64,000 nucleotides of DNA from an uncultured Verrucomicrobiota bacterium (GCA_964538065.1 CAZIDG010000001.1:9998-73997); one strand, 5' to 3'; counted from the first letter of the stretch, positions 18,577 through 28,300 are shown. The notes: a model not told the origin generated them from the letters alone. Made by a program: numbers and translations.

Positions 18577-19056
18577 ATGGACGAGTTGCTCAAGTTATTG
18601 CGGGAAAATGCCGCGTTGAAGCCAGCGCAACTGGCTGCGCTTTTAAATCTGTCCGAAGCTGATGTGATTGCCAAGATCAAGGCTTATGAGGCTGATCAGA
18701 TCATCCTCGGCTATCGCACGGTTGTGAACGAGGAAAAGCTCGGAATCGAAATCGTGCGGGCGGTGATCGAGGTCAAGATCACTCCCGAGCGAGAAGGTGG
18801 GTTTAACCGTCTTGGCGAGCGCATTGCCAAATACCGTGAAGTGCGTTCCTGTTACTTGATGTCCGGCGCTTACGATTTGCTTGTCATTGTGGAAGGCCAC
18901 AGTCTGCAGGAGGTTGCCATGTTTGTTTCCGAAAAGTTGGCGACCATTCCAGGGGTGCTTTCGACAGCCACTCACTTCATGCTCAAGCCGTATAAGGAAC
19001 AGGGCATGCTCATGATTCGCGAGGCAAATGACGAACGCCTGGCAGTGACACCCTAG
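18577..19056 (+). CDS. Lrp/AsnC family transcriptional regulator
   Basis: ATG 18577 gives MDELLKLLRENAALKPAQLAALLNLSEADVIAKIKAYE (HTH), followed by an RAM/AsnC_trans_reg-like domain (AVIEVKITPE..LMSGAYDLLVIVEGHSLQEV). Confidence 0.8.
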   Translation: MDELLKLLRENAALKPAQLAALLNLSEADVIAKIKAYEADQIILGYRTVVNEEKLGIEIVRAVIEVKITPEREGGFNRLGERIAKYREVRSCYLMSGAYDLLVIVEGHSLQEVAMFVSEKLATIPGVLSTATHFMLKPYKEQGMLMIREANDERLAVTP

Positions 19057-19157
19057 CGGCGGCAGCCAGAGGATGCCTGTCGATTTTTGGATTCATCGCC
19101 CAAGGTTTGGGGGGTGTCGCCTTGCGATTTTAGGGAGGCATGGCATTTTGACTCCAT

Positions 19158-19931
19158 ATGAAATCAACCATCATAGGCGGTTGGGTGTTTCTGGGAACCC
19201 TCCTGTCGATGTGTCTTATGGCCGTGGCAGCTCCAGCACCTGCCGATCATATCCCCACCGCACAGGGGCAGATCGATGTATATCCAGTGAACCATGCTAG
19301 CTTTGTCCTGGCATGGGAGAAACAGGCCATCTACTTTGATCCCGTGGGGGGTGCCGCGCTGTATAAGGATTTACCCAAGCCCACCCTGATCGTTTATACC
19401 GATATTCACCCAGACCACTTTGATGCCGCCACTTTGAAGACCTTGTCGCCTCAGGGGATGACCCCCATCCTGGCCCCCAAGGCGGTCGTGGATCTTTTGC
19501 CCAGCACTTACAAGCAAACGGTAACAACACTGGCCAACGGTGAAAAAACAGACGTAGCTGGCATATCGATTGAGGCTCTGCCCATGTACAACACGACGCC
19601 TGAACGCCTGCAATACCATCCCAAAGGCAGGGGGAACGGTTACCTCCTCACGATGGGAGGCTCCCGCATCTACGTAAGTGGTGATACCGAGGACATTCCT
19701 GAGATGAAGGCGCTGACCCAGATCAAGGCTGCATTCCTCTGCATGAACCTGCCCTATACCATGGATATCACCCAGGCGGCCAATGCAGTCCATGCCTTTA
19801 AACCCGCCATTGTATATCCCTATCATTCCCGGGGAAGCGACCTTCAAAAGTTCAAGCAACTGGTGTCGCAGGCTTCTGGCACGGAAGTTCGCATTCTTCC
19901 ATGGTATCCCAAGGCATCATCGGGACAATAA
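19158..19931 (+). CDS. secreted MBL-fold metallo-hydrolase
   Basis: Signal peptide MKSTIIGGWVFLGTLLSMCLMAVAAPAPA. HASFVLAW..IYFDP..VYTDIHPDHFD..YVSGDTE are metallo-beta-lactamase-fold motifs. Confidence 0.7.
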   Translation: MKSTIIGGWVFLGTLLSMCLMAVAAPAPADHIPTAQGQIDVYPVNHASFVLAWEKQAIYFDPVGGAALYKDLPKPTLIVYTDIHPDHFDAATLKTLSPQGMTPILAPKAVVDLLPSTYKQTVTTLANGEKTDVAGISIEALPMYNTTPERLQYHPKGRGNGYLLTMGGSRIYVSGDTEDIPEMKALTQIKAAFLCMNLPYTMDITQAANAVHAFKPAIVYPYHSRGSDLQKFKQLVSQASGTEVRILPWYPKASSGQ

Positions 19932-20127
19932 CCCATCGATCCAGGGTGGTGAATCGGGTTGCCAGGCATGTCCTCTTATTGAAGGGGGGCTGACACCCCA
20001 GTTATGATCTTTCAGGTGGGTTTCCAGACCCTCCCTTCCTCTTTTTTTGACATATGTTGTCCTATGCAAAATAGGATATCTGTGGTACGGGATGTACGTT
20101 TTCCTGAAAAAAAGGATCGAGGGTTTC

Positions 20128-21843
20128 ATGGATCATACACTGATCAACAACATCGCCATTTGCATTATCGGGGCCTGGTTACTGGCCCTCGTGTCACAAT
20201 TGTTCAAGCAACCTCTCGTTCTGGCCTACCTGGTGGCTGGGTATGCGCTGGGTCCAATGGGGTGGGGCATCATCCATAAGCAATCCATCGAGACCATCTC
20301 TGAGATCGGTCTGATTCTGCTCTTGTTCATGATCGGACTTGAGATTGATCTTAAGAAAATCCTCAGTGCCGGCAAAATGATCACCATTACCGCCGCCACG
20401 CAGATCCTGGGGTGCTTTTGCCTTGGATGGCTCTTTTTTAAGTCGGTGGCGTCCTGGCTCGGTATTCAGGGACTCGAGGTGCTGTATCTGGCGGTGGCGG
20501 CGGCCATGAGCAGCACGGTCATCATCGTCAAGATCCTGTACGATAAACGTGAACTCGACACCTCGGCGGGTCGCCTGACTTTGGGCATCCTGGTGCTTCA
20601 GGATCTGTTTGCGATTCTTTTCCTGGCCCTCCAGCCCAACCTTACAAATCCATCCTTGGCGCCGCTGGTCTTGTCGCTGGTGAAAGTGGCGCTGCTTATG
20701 GCAGTCGCTTTCCTGGTCAGCAAATATGTGCTCCCGCCCGTATTCAAAACCGTGGCTCGCTTGCCCGAGTTGGTTTTGGTGGGGGCGCTGGCCTGGTGCT
20801 TTATCGTGGCCGGTCTGGCCAGCATGCTTGATCTGTCTCGTGAAATGGGGGCCCTGATTGCTGGGGTTGCCATCTCCACATTCCCCTATACCCTTGATGT
20901 CACGGCCAAGGTGACCAGTTTGCGGGATTTTTTCGTGACACTCTTTTTCGTCGGGCTGGGCATGGCGATTCCCGCGCCTTCGCTTTCCGTGTTGGGGTGG
21001 GCCGTGGTGATCTCGATTTTTGTGATTCTGAGCCGTTTTTTAACGGTTTTACCCATCATGGAGTCCCTGCGCCAGGGGCATCGGAATGGTGTGCTGGTGA
21101 GCCTTAATCTGGGCCAGATCAGCGAGTTTTCACTGGTGATCCTTTCCCTGGGCTTGTCCGCGGGACATATCACCACCGCCACCACGGGGTGCATGTCCTA
21201 TGCATTCGTGATTCTGGCGGTTCTTTCGAGCTATGCCATCATCAAATCAGAATGGCTGACTCCCCGCCTGGTCACCGCCATGACCCGGCTCGGTTTCCGC
21301 GATCTCGATGCCGGGGAACAGTTGGGAATCGATCATAGCCACCCGGCGGATATTTTTATCCTCGGCTTTTTTCGGTCAGCCAGTTCGTTGCTGGAGGAGA
21401 TGCGCCGCAAGAAACCCGCAATGCTGGAACGTCTGGTGGTGCTCGATTTCAACCCTCAGGTTCATGCGGAGTTGAAGACCAGGGGCATCGCCTGCATCTA
21501 TGGTGACATCAGCCAGCGCGACACACTTCTCCATGCGGGCATTTCAAACGCCCGCTTGATTATATGCACCCTGCCCAACATGGTGCTTAAGGGAGTCGAC
21601 AACCTGCATCTTCTGAATCAATTGCGATCCCTTAATCCCGAGGCAAGAATCATTGTACCGGCGGATGCCCTGGCTGAAGTGCCTGCCTTTTATGAGGCGG
21701 GTGCATCCTATGTCACCGCTTCGAGACTGCTGGAGGCCCGGGATTTGCTCGACACGATCCTGGCTGCCGAGGCCGGCCTTTTGGGTCAAAAGCGTTCCCT
21801 GTCAGATGCTGAATTGGCCGAGCGCCAGGAAGTGATGCCCTGA
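20128..21843 (+). CDS. CPA2-family cation:proton antiporter with a C-terminal RCK/TrkA-N domain (Kef-type)
   Basis: ATG 20128. Na_H_exchanger-like TM core (GYALGPMGWGII, EIGLILLLFMIGLEIDL) plus a C-terminal Rossmann-like region (IFILGFFR...CIYGDISQRDTL). Confidence 0.8.
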   Translation: MDHTLINNIAICIIGAWLLALVSQLFKQPLVLAYLVAGYALGPMGWGIIHKQSIETISEIGLILLLFMIGLEIDLKKILSAGKMITITAATQILGCFCLGWLFFKSVASWLGIQGLEVLYLAVAAAMSSTVIIVKILYDKRELDTSAGRLTLGILVLQDLFAILFLALQPNLTNPSLAPLVLSLVKVALLMAVAFLVSKYVLPPVFKTVARLPELVLVGALAWCFIVAGLASMLDLSREMGALIAGVAISTFPYTLDVTAKVTSLRDFFVTLFFVGLGMAIPAPSLSVLGWAVVISIFVILSRFLTVLPIMESLRQGHRNGVLVSLNLGQISEFSLVILSLGLSAGHITTATTGCMSYAFVILAVLSSYAIIKSEWLTPRLVTAMTRLGFRDLDAGEQLGIDHSHPADIFILGFFRSASSLLEEMRRKKPAMLERLVVLDFNPQVHAELKTRGIACIYGDISQRDTLLHAGISNARLIICTLPNMVLKGVDNLHLLNQLRSLNPEARIIVPADALAEVPAFYEAGASYVTASRLLEARDLLDTILAAEAGLLGQKRSLSDAELAERQEVMP

Positions 21844-21879
21844 AAACAAAACATCCCGGACCGTCATGGCCGGGATGTT
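21841..21879 (-). terminator. rho-independent terminator for the ThuA-like gene, between convergent genes
   Basis: Perfect 10-bp stem aacatcccgg (21850-21859) with ccgggatgtt (21870-21879). On the minus strand it is followed by ttttgtttt. Confidence 0.55.
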
Positions 21880-21896
21880 GGCAATGAATTAAGAAT

Positions 21897-22634
21897 TTAT
21901 TTGCCGGCTGCCCAGAAGATCGTTTGACGAATGACCTGGCGGTAATTGGGGTTTTGGAAGGCCTTACCATCATGTCCCAACATGATGTAGGCCACCTTGG
22001 AATTTCCGTATTTGTGTTCCCATCCAATGATCGGTCCACATGTGGGTTCCGTTGTGGTCAATAGAGGACGCACACCCGGTTCAACCGTGAACTTGCCATA
22101 GGTTTCTTCCATGATTTCAAAATCCTTCATGCCCTTGGTGATGGGATGGTTGGAATCCACAACGTGCACCTTGAGGTTTACATCGTGTTTGTAGGTGGAG
22201 GCTGGTTTTTCCACGCCGTTGACTTTGTAGGGTTCCAGATGGTATTTCCCGCCAATGATTTTGGTGTATTCATCCCACTTTTGATAACTGGCTATACAGT
22301 GATGGGTGGCCACCAGACCCTTGCCGGATTTAAGCAGCGAGACGAAGTCCGCCTTTGCTTCCTCTGAAATATCCTGCCACAGATCATAGAGCAGGATGAC
22401 ATCATATTTCTGAGCTGCCTCTGCTTTGAGGCGTTCATGGAATTTGGGATGTTGCACCTCTTCGCAGGTGATGCCCTCCATGCTCTTAAAAGCTGCGAAG
22501 AAGGGATCACGCTCGAATTCATGGCCGCCGGTGACAATAAGCACCCTGATGGGGTCTGCGGCCAACACCATGTTGGTGGTGAGTGTGATGCCCAGCGTCA
22601 GGCATAGAGCAAGAGCAAGAATCAGTTTTTTCAT
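21897..22634 (-). CDS. secreted ThuA-domain protein
   Basis: ATG 22634 gives the signal peptide MKKLILALALCLTLGITLTTNMVLAADP, then IRVLIVTGGHEFERDPFF..YDVILLYD..GLVATHHC..GWEHKYGNSKVAYIMLGHD. Confidence 0.75.
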   Translation of the reverse strand: MKKLILALALCLTLGITLTTNMVLAADPIRVLIVTGGHEFERDPFFAAFKSMEGITCEEVQHPKFHERLKAEAAQKYDVILLYDLWQDISEEAKADFVSLLKSGKGLVATHHCIASYQKWDEYTKIIGGKYHLEPYKVNGVEKPASTYKHDVNLKVHVVDSNHPITKGMKDFEIMEETYGKFTVEPGVRPLLTTTEPTCGPIIGWEHKYGNSKVAYIMLGHDGKAFQNPNYRQVIRQTIFWAAGK

Positions 22635-22976
22635 TGTATTCAATAGGTTGTTGTCAAACCAACACCACAAAAACGCGGAGAACGCAGCGCCGGACCGGCC
22701 AGGTAGGAACGCCCACTTTTAATCCTTTGCACACACGGAATATGGTTAATTGGGTTACTGTGAGGTAACCGGATTAAGCGTCCGCGTGGCTGGATACCTG
22801 CCCTGCGCTCACCGCGTTTTTGCCGTGTTCAAAGAACCTGCCGTCCTCCACCCATTCCATGGTGTGTCGCAAGTACCCCGCTCCCACCCATTCGTGAGAC
22901 CATTGCAATATACAGATGCTTCGACGCCATGGATTTGCAATTTCTGGATCAAGGATCCAGCAACCTGTCAATCAAG

Positions 22977-23633
22977 TCAAACGCAAACCTTCATTGCTTC
23001 CCGGCGCGCCTGGATGAATTGCCTGACGACGTGCAATTCCGGTTCGCCGGCAATGGTGTGCTCCTTGGCAAATTCGTGCCATTCGATGTTCAAACCCTCT
23101 TTTTTCAGAAAGGCCATCTGCTCTTTTACATCCGGGAATGGCAGCAGGGGATCGTAGGTACCATGGGAAACGAGGAAATGCTGTTTTTTGGCCACCGGTG
23201 AGAACCCTTTGACCAGATCAGAGGCGTTCAGGACATAGCCGCTGATGCCCACGCAACCTGCCAGAAGGTGAGGATACTTGCACCCTGTTTCAAGGGTCAT
23301 CAGGCAACCTTGCGAGAAGCCAAACAGGAACGTCTTTTCGGTTGGAAATCCCGCCGCTCGGTGCTGGTCCAGCAGTTCGAAGACCAGTTTGCGGCTGCGT
23401 TCAATGCCTGGAACAGAGTCTCCGTTGATATCATACCAGGAATACCCCCCGAAATAATGGTCTGGAGCGTTGACCATCAGGTAATTCAGCCAGGGAAAAC
23501 CGAGAGCCGACGGCAGCCATTGATAGCCTTCCATGCTGTCGCCCAAACCATGCATGACCACCATGAGGTACTTGGAGTCCTTCTCGGCGGCCGGTAACAG
23601 TGACGTCGTTAACATCGGAGGCATTAAAGCCAT
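22977..23633 (-). CDS. phospholipase/carboxylesterase family alpha/beta hydrolase
   Basis: YLMVVMHGLGDS, the GFSQGC nucleophile elbow, and HGTYDPLLPF. Confidence 0.8.
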   Translation of the reverse strand: MALMPPMLTTSLLPAAEKDSKYLMVVMHGLGDSMEGYQWLPSALGFPWLNYLMVNAPDHYFGGYSWYDINGDSVPGIERSRKLVFELLDQHRAAGFPTEKTFLFGFSQGCLMTLETGCKYPHLLAGCVGISGYVLNASDLVKGFSPVAKKQHFLVSHGTYDPLLPFPDVKEQMAFLKKEGLNIEWHEFAKEHTIAGEPELHVVRQFIQARREAMKVCV

Positions 23634-23690
23634 GTGTTGCTTGTGGGTGAAGCAGAAAAATGGGGTGGTGTCCCTCCTGGAAATCTGGAA

Positions 23691-24065
23691 TTACTCCATT
23701 CCCAGGATCTTTTTGCCCTCAGCAGTGATCATGCTGGGATGCCATGGGGGATCCCAAACGATTTCCACATTCGCGCTTTCCACCCCTTGAAGGGCCATCA
23801 ACTTGGCTTGGGCGTCTCCTGCAATCATGCCTGCCATGGGGCATCCCTGGGCTGTTAGCGTCATTTTGACATCGACCCGACCGCCCTGGATGGCCACATC
23901 ATAGACCATGCCCAGATCCACAATGTTTACAGGTATCTCTGGATCAAAGCATTGCCGAAGGGCGTCCCACACCATGGTTTCACTTACCGCGGCTTTCCCG
24001 GTATTGGTTGTCGGGGCAGGGGAGGAAGCTCCTGTCGGACTGGCTGGATCGGTTGAGTTGCTCAT
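23691..24065 (-). CDS. DUF59 (MIP18/SufT-like) Fe-S assembly factor
   Basis: VWDALRQCFDPEIPVNIVDLGMVYDV..MTLTAQGCPMAG is the typical DUF59 signature. Confidence 0.8.
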   Translation of the reverse strand: MSNSTDPASPTGASSPAPTTNTGKAAVSETMVWDALRQCFDPEIPVNIVDLGMVYDVAIQGGRVDVKMTLTAQGCPMAGMIAGDAQAKLMALQGVESANVEIVWDPPWHPSMITAEGKKILGME

Positions 24066-24083
24066 GGATGGGCTAAATAAGGA

Positions 24084-25130
24084 TTAATTGAGTTTGGTGT
24101 GCAACGCCTTGGCAACATTGATAAAGGCCTGACCAGGTGCCGATTCCCGATGACTGATCACCACGGGTACGCCTTTGTCGCCGCCTTCGCGGATTTCAGT
24201 GAAAATGGGGACTTCACCCAGAAAATCGATCTTCTGACGCTGGGCTTCCTGTTTGCCACCTCCGTGGCCAAAAATATCCACCCGCTCCCCGCTGGGCGTG
24301 GTGTAATAGCTCATGTTCTCCACGATTCCCAGCAGCGGCACATTGACTTTGACGAACATGCCAATGCCCTTGCGGACTACGCCCAGCGAAGCTTCCTGAG
24401 GCGTGGTGACGATGAGTCCACCATCCAGAGGCACAGTCTGACAAAGGGTCAATTGAGCATCGCCTGTTCCCGGCGGAAGGTCCACCAGAAGATAATCCAG
24501 TTCTCCCCATTCCACCGCGCCAAGGAATTGCTGGATGGTTTTGACAATCATCGGCCCGCGCCAGATCACCGGGGTGTCGGCATCCAGCAGAAATCCAATG
24601 CTCATCAGGCGGACACCATGATTGATCAGCGGCGCCAGCTTTTCCTCAGAGGTAACCGTCGGACGTTGGTTGACCCCCATCATGAGCGGGACGCTGGGCC
24701 CATAAATATCACAGTCCAGAAGACCAGTTTTTGCGCCAAGCTGACTCAGGGCACAAGCCAGGTTCACAGCCACGGTGGATTTGCCCACCCCCCCCTTGCC
24801 GCTGGCAATGGCGACCACGTGTTTAATGCCCGGAATATGTTGCTGACCTTCCCATGGATTCCTGGGTGCTTCAACCTGACCGCCGGGATGCAACACTTCC
24901 ACAATGACCGAAGTCACTCCCGGGATGGTTTTGAGGGCGGCCTCGCAATCCTTTTGCAACTGGCTGGCCACTTCGGGTTTAGGGCTGGTCAGGACCAGTC
25001 GAATCCGCAGTTCGCCTTCATGGGATCGCACTTCTTTGACAATGCCAAAGGAGACAATATCCCGGGAGAAACCGGGATACTTCACCGCTTTTAGTAAGCT
25101 CAAGACTTGTTCTTCAGTCACCATAGACAT
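24084..25130 (-). CDS. Mrp/NBP35/ApbC-family P-loop ATPase with N-terminal DUF59 domain, lacking the CxxC motif (HCF101-like class)
   Basis: Deviant Walker A IASGKGGVGKST; LVDLPPGTGD; GIVENMSYYTTPSGERVDIFGHGGG occupies the position where ApbC/Mrp proteins carry ENMS..C..C....FG. Confidence 0.8.
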   Translation of the reverse strand: MSMVTEEQVLSLLKAVKYPGFSRDIVSFGIVKEVRSHEGELRIRLVLTSPKPEVASQLQKDCEAALKTIPGVTSVIVEVLHPGGQVEAPRNPWEGQQHIPGIKHVVAIASGKGGVGKSTVAVNLACALSQLGAKTGLLDCDIYGPSVPLMMGVNQRPTVTSEEKLAPLINHGVRLMSIGFLLDADTPVIWRGPMIVKTIQQFLGAVEWGELDYLLVDLPPGTGDAQLTLCQTVPLDGGLIVTTPQEASLGVVRKGIGMFVKVNVPLLGIVENMSYYTTPSGERVDIFGHGGGKQEAQRQKIDFLGEVPIFTEIREGGDKGVPVVISHRESAPGQAFINVAKALHTKLN

Positions 25131-25176
25131 GGGTAGACATTAAACGCGAGCCGCTCATTGGGCAAGCACGCTGGTT

Positions 25177-26451
25177 TTACCGGGTGGGAGGACGTCCCAC
25201 CACGGCTGCCGCATGCTGGGAGGATGATGTCCCGCGTCCGGTGGGGTGGATGACCGAATCGATCACTCCTTTTTGAAAATCATCCCACATCGGAGACATG
25301 TTGCGCAGGAATGCAGCCACCTTGGCAAAGGTCTCGATGACATAGGCGATGTCTTCGTCTGTGTTATCCAGACCCAGCGACATGATGATATTACCCTGGG
25401 CCAGCGCCTGATCGAGGCCGATGGCGGCCAGTACATGAGAGATCCTAAGAGATTTGCTCACGCAGCTTGAACCGCTGGCCACGGCAATCCCATTGACATC
25501 AAGCCGAAGGAGTTGGCCCTCACCCTCAATAAACTCGGTGCTAAGATTCAGATTCGTGGGGCTTCGGCCGGGGCCTGGTTCCGGGCCATTGAGACGAATG
25601 AACGGTACATTCTGCTTAAGGCCATCCCACAGCATCTTCTGGAGGCGGGCCGTATGTGCCATGCGCTGAGGCAGTTCGCGACTGGCGATCTCACAGGCCA
25701 CTCCTGCGCCAACAATGGTCGGCACGTTTTCTGTGCCTGCACGCCGCCCATTTTCCTGCACGCCCCCATGGAGGATGCCGACGACACGTGCCCTGCGGTG
25801 TCGGTATAGAATTCCCACCCCTTTGGGACCGTAAAATCGGTGAGGTGACAATGAAAGTAATTGTGCTCCAATGGATTGAACGTCTATCGGCAACCATCCG
25901 CCACTGGCTGTGGCATCCACAAACAAGGGGATACCCCGTTCTTGTGCGAAACGTCCAACCTCGGCCACAGGTTGCAGGGTGCCGATGTCATGGTTCGCAT
26001 GTTGCACGCAGATCAGCGTGGTTTGTTCGGTGACCGCGTTTTTGATGTCCTGGGGATTGACCCGGCCTTCGGAATCCACTTTGACCCGTGTGGCGGTAAA
26101 GCCGTTCTTTTCGAGGAATTCGATCGAGTTGAGCACGGAAGGGTGCTCCACGGCGGTCGTGACAATATGGTTGCCCCGGCGCTGGTTGGCATAGGCCGCG
26201 CCCTTGATGGCCAGGTTGGCGGCTTCGGTGCCACATGAGGTGAAAATGATGTCGTCCGGCGATTCGGCGTTGATGAACGCGGCCACCTGTTTGCGCGCCA
26301 GGGCCAGGGCCTCGCGAACACGCAGCCCGTGCTGGTGGAGCGAGGATGGATTGCCAAAAGCCTCCATGAAATACGGTTTCATGGCTTCAAACACCTCGGG
26401 TCGCACGGGTGTGGATGCCTGGTGATCCAGATATACCGATCGAATACCCAT
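25177..26451 (-). CDS. NifS/IscS-like class V aminotransferase (cysteine desulfurase-like) with Arg at the PLP-lysine position
   Basis: IYLDHQASTP, FTSCGTEAANLAIKG, VEHPSVLN, FVDATASGG, SLSPHRFYGPKGVGILY (IscS has SGHKIYGPKGIG) and ASGSSCVS (catalytic Cys loop). I confirmed codon 205 as CGA at 25837-25839 by reverse-complementing. Confidence 0.8.
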   Translation of the reverse strand: MGIRSVYLDHQASTPVRPEVFEAMKPYFMEAFGNPSSLHQHGLRVREALALARKQVAAFINAESPDDIIFTSCGTEAANLAIKGAAYANQRRGNHIVTTAVEHPSVLNSIEFLEKNGFTATRVKVDSEGRVNPQDIKNAVTEQTTLICVQHANHDIGTLQPVAEVGRFAQERGIPLFVDATASGGWLPIDVQSIGAQLLSLSPHRFYGPKGVGILYRHRRARVVGILHGGVQENGRRAGTENVPTIVGAGVACEIASRELPQRMAHTARLQKMLWDGLKQNVPFIRLNGPEPGPGRSPTNLNLSTEFIEGEGQLLRLDVNGIAVASGSSCVSKSLRISHVLAAIGLDQALAQGNIIMSLGLDNTDEDIAYVIETFAKVAAFLRNMSPMWDDFQKGVIDSVIHPTGRGTSSSQHAAAVVGRPPTR

Positions 26452-26474
26452 GTATGATTCTTAATGCTTGATGA

Positions 26475-26508
26475 GTAAAAAGGAAAGTCTTCACCTTGAG
26501 GTGAAGAC
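26475..26508 (-). terminator. rho-independent terminator after the isochorismatase-family gene
   Basis: gtcttcacc (26487-26495) pairs with ggtgaagac (26500-26508) across a 4-nt loop. On the minus strand it is followed by tttccttttt. A second palindrome, aagcctcatgcatgaggctt, lies at about 26515-26535. Confidence 0.6.
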
Positions 26509-26606
26509 AGCTTCAAGCCTCATGCATGAGGCTTGGCTTAAGGATGTTGTTCCCCAGAAGCTCTTCCCCAGAGGCGATATGCGGCCGTTGTTGAGCCAAG
26601 TGGTGT

Positions 26607-27212
26607 TTACGATAACGGAAGGTCGGCAGCGGTATCGACAATGATGGCAAAACGATCGCGCAAGGCGGCCAGATGGGCGTCATGCACCGCGGCAGCGGGA
26701 ATAATCCCCCCGTGGCCATCAGGGAGATCGCGAGTGGCGCAGGCTCGAGCCACCACGGTACAGGCATATCCGTTTTCGGTGGCAGCGCGTGTCGTGGAGC
26801 TCACACACATATGGGTCATGAAGCCGATGATCACAAGGCTATGACGCCCCAGTTTCTTCAACTCACTCTCCAAGGTGGTGTCTGTGAAGCTGTTCGGATA
26901 GTGTTTGGTGACAATAATCTCGCTGGGCAAGGGAGTCAGAGGATCTGCTATAGCCACCGTTGGTCCGTCAGGATCGCATACTCGACCACCTTTTTTGCCG
27001 TGTTGGACGATATGGATCACCGGCGTTCCAGCACTTCGGGCACGTCGAAGAACCTCAGTTCCCTGCCGCAAGGCCTCCGTCATGCCAGCCAAAGGCAGAC
27101 AACCATTTACGTATTCCATTTGTGCGTCCACGATCAAAAGCACCGATGCCTTGAGGGGTGGGGGTGTGGTGGGCAGACCAGCCAATTCACGCAGTGTTAT
27201 GGGCATTTTCAT
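26607..27212 (-). CDS. isochorismatase-family cysteine hydrolase
   Basis: LLIVDAQMEY (Asp), VTKHYPNSF (Lys) and GFMTHMCVSST (Cys) form the catalytic triad pattern. Confidence 0.8.
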   Translation of the reverse strand: MKMPITLRELAGLPTTPPPLKASVLLIVDAQMEYVNGCLPLAGMTEALRQGTEVLRRARSAGTPVIHIVQHGKKGGRVCDPDGPTVAIADPLTPLPSEIIVTKHYPNSFTDTTLESELKKLGRHSLVIIGFMTHMCVSSTTRAATENGYACTVVARACATRDLPDGHGGIIPAAAVHDAHLAALRDRFAIIVDTAADLPLS

Positions 27213-27348
27213 ATGAATCTGATCATTAAGTGACTGAAATAAAACAACAGTACCATCTCAACCATCCGAAACTGATTGAACCGGGTGGAAACAAAGACCG
27301 TGGAGATCTGCGTTGAGGATCACTCCAGGATTCCCTTATGGAAGGGAA

Positions 27349-27567
27349 CTATGGATGCCGGAACGTAATGCGCGCCTTGTTGAGGTCGTAGGGGGACATT
27401 TCAACACTCACGCGGTCACCCACACTGATACGAATGAAATTCTTTCGCATTTTACCGGAAATATGGGCCAGTACTTCGTGCCCATTGGGAAGCGTAACGC
27501 GAAACATCGTGCCCGGAAGCACTTGCATCACCGAGCCAATCAGCTCAATCGGTTCTTCTTTTGCCAT
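27349..27567 (-). CDS. infA: translation initiation factor IF-1
   Basis: 72 aa: [71 protein letters not shown]. Confidence 0.95.
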   Translation of the reverse strand: MAKEEPIELIGSVMQVLPGTMFRVTLPNGHEVLAHISGKMRKNFIRISVGDRVSVEMSPYDLNKARITFRHP

Positions 27568-27745
27568 GCGATATCACCATTAATATTGCATCCCGCTAGC
27601 GGTCCAATTATCGCGGCGGATCAGTGAAATCCCATAAGGACTTCATTGGATGGACTTAATTATGTCAAAATGGTCGAAAATTTCAAGGGGGGCGTTGGCA
27701 CTTTTGTTTTGAATCGACTGGTCTGTTCCGGTTAAGTATGGGGTA

Positions 27746-28300
27746 GTGAGTAACGTGGCAGAACAACTCGATACTTTTTTGCGCAAGCGGCCTGTTTTGG
27801 GGCAACAGGTTTACATCGCCAAAGGGGCGGTGGTGCTGGGCGATGTGACCCTCGGCGACAACGCCAGCGTGTGGTATAACGCGGTGTTGCGCGGAGACAT
27901 CAATTACATCACCGTGGGACGTTACAGCAATGTGCAGGATAACGCGGTTTTGCACCTGGCCAATGAATATCCCTGTGTGGTCGGTAATTATGTCACCATT
28001 GGTCACTCGGCGATCATCCATGCCTGTACCATTGGCGATGAAACACTCATTGGCATGGGGGCCACGATTTTGGACGGGGCGGTCATAGGCCGCAACTGCA
28101 TCATTGGCGCCAACGCCCTGGTGACGCAGGGAACAACGATTCCGGATGGGACCATGGCGGTGGGATCGCCTGCAAAGGTTAAACGGGAGCTTACTCCTGC
28201 CGAACGGGAAGGTCTCAAGGTGTGGGCAGAGAAATACGCCGAAAACGCCCTTTATTGTCTGAAAAATAAAATCAATTTGGGCAAACCGTTGCGGTCGTGA
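27746..28300 (+). CDS. gamma-class carbonic anhydrase family protein (left-handed beta-helix)
   Basis: VWYNAVLRGDINYITVGRYSNVQDNAVLH..IGHSAIIHACTIGDETLIGMGA carries hexapeptide repeats with the conserved His pattern. Confidence 0.85.
   Translation: MSNVAEQLDTFLRKRPVLGQQVYIAKGAVVLGDVTLGDNASVWYNAVLRGDINYITVGRYSNVQDNAVLHLANEYPCVVGNYVTIGHSAIIHACTIGDETLIGMGATILDGAVIGRNCIIGANALVTQGTTIPDGTMAVGSPAKVKRELTPAEREGLKVWAEKYAENALYCLKNKINLGKPLRS

Noticed and set aside
22671-22976. 306-nt gap with small ORFs (22774-22971 minus, 22750-23157 plus) and a short hairpin ggttac..gtaacc
   Set aside because: The ORFs have no motif support and overlap each other or the esterase gene, and the hairpin is only 6-7 bp. 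I treat the gap as the promoter/5' region of the ThuA-like gene.
24099-25094. 331-aa ORF on the plus strand
   Set aside because: It lies entirely antisense to the well-supported Mrp/ApbC-like gene. It has no recognisable motifs and an Arg/Gly/His-rich shadow-frame composition typical of GC-rich DNA.
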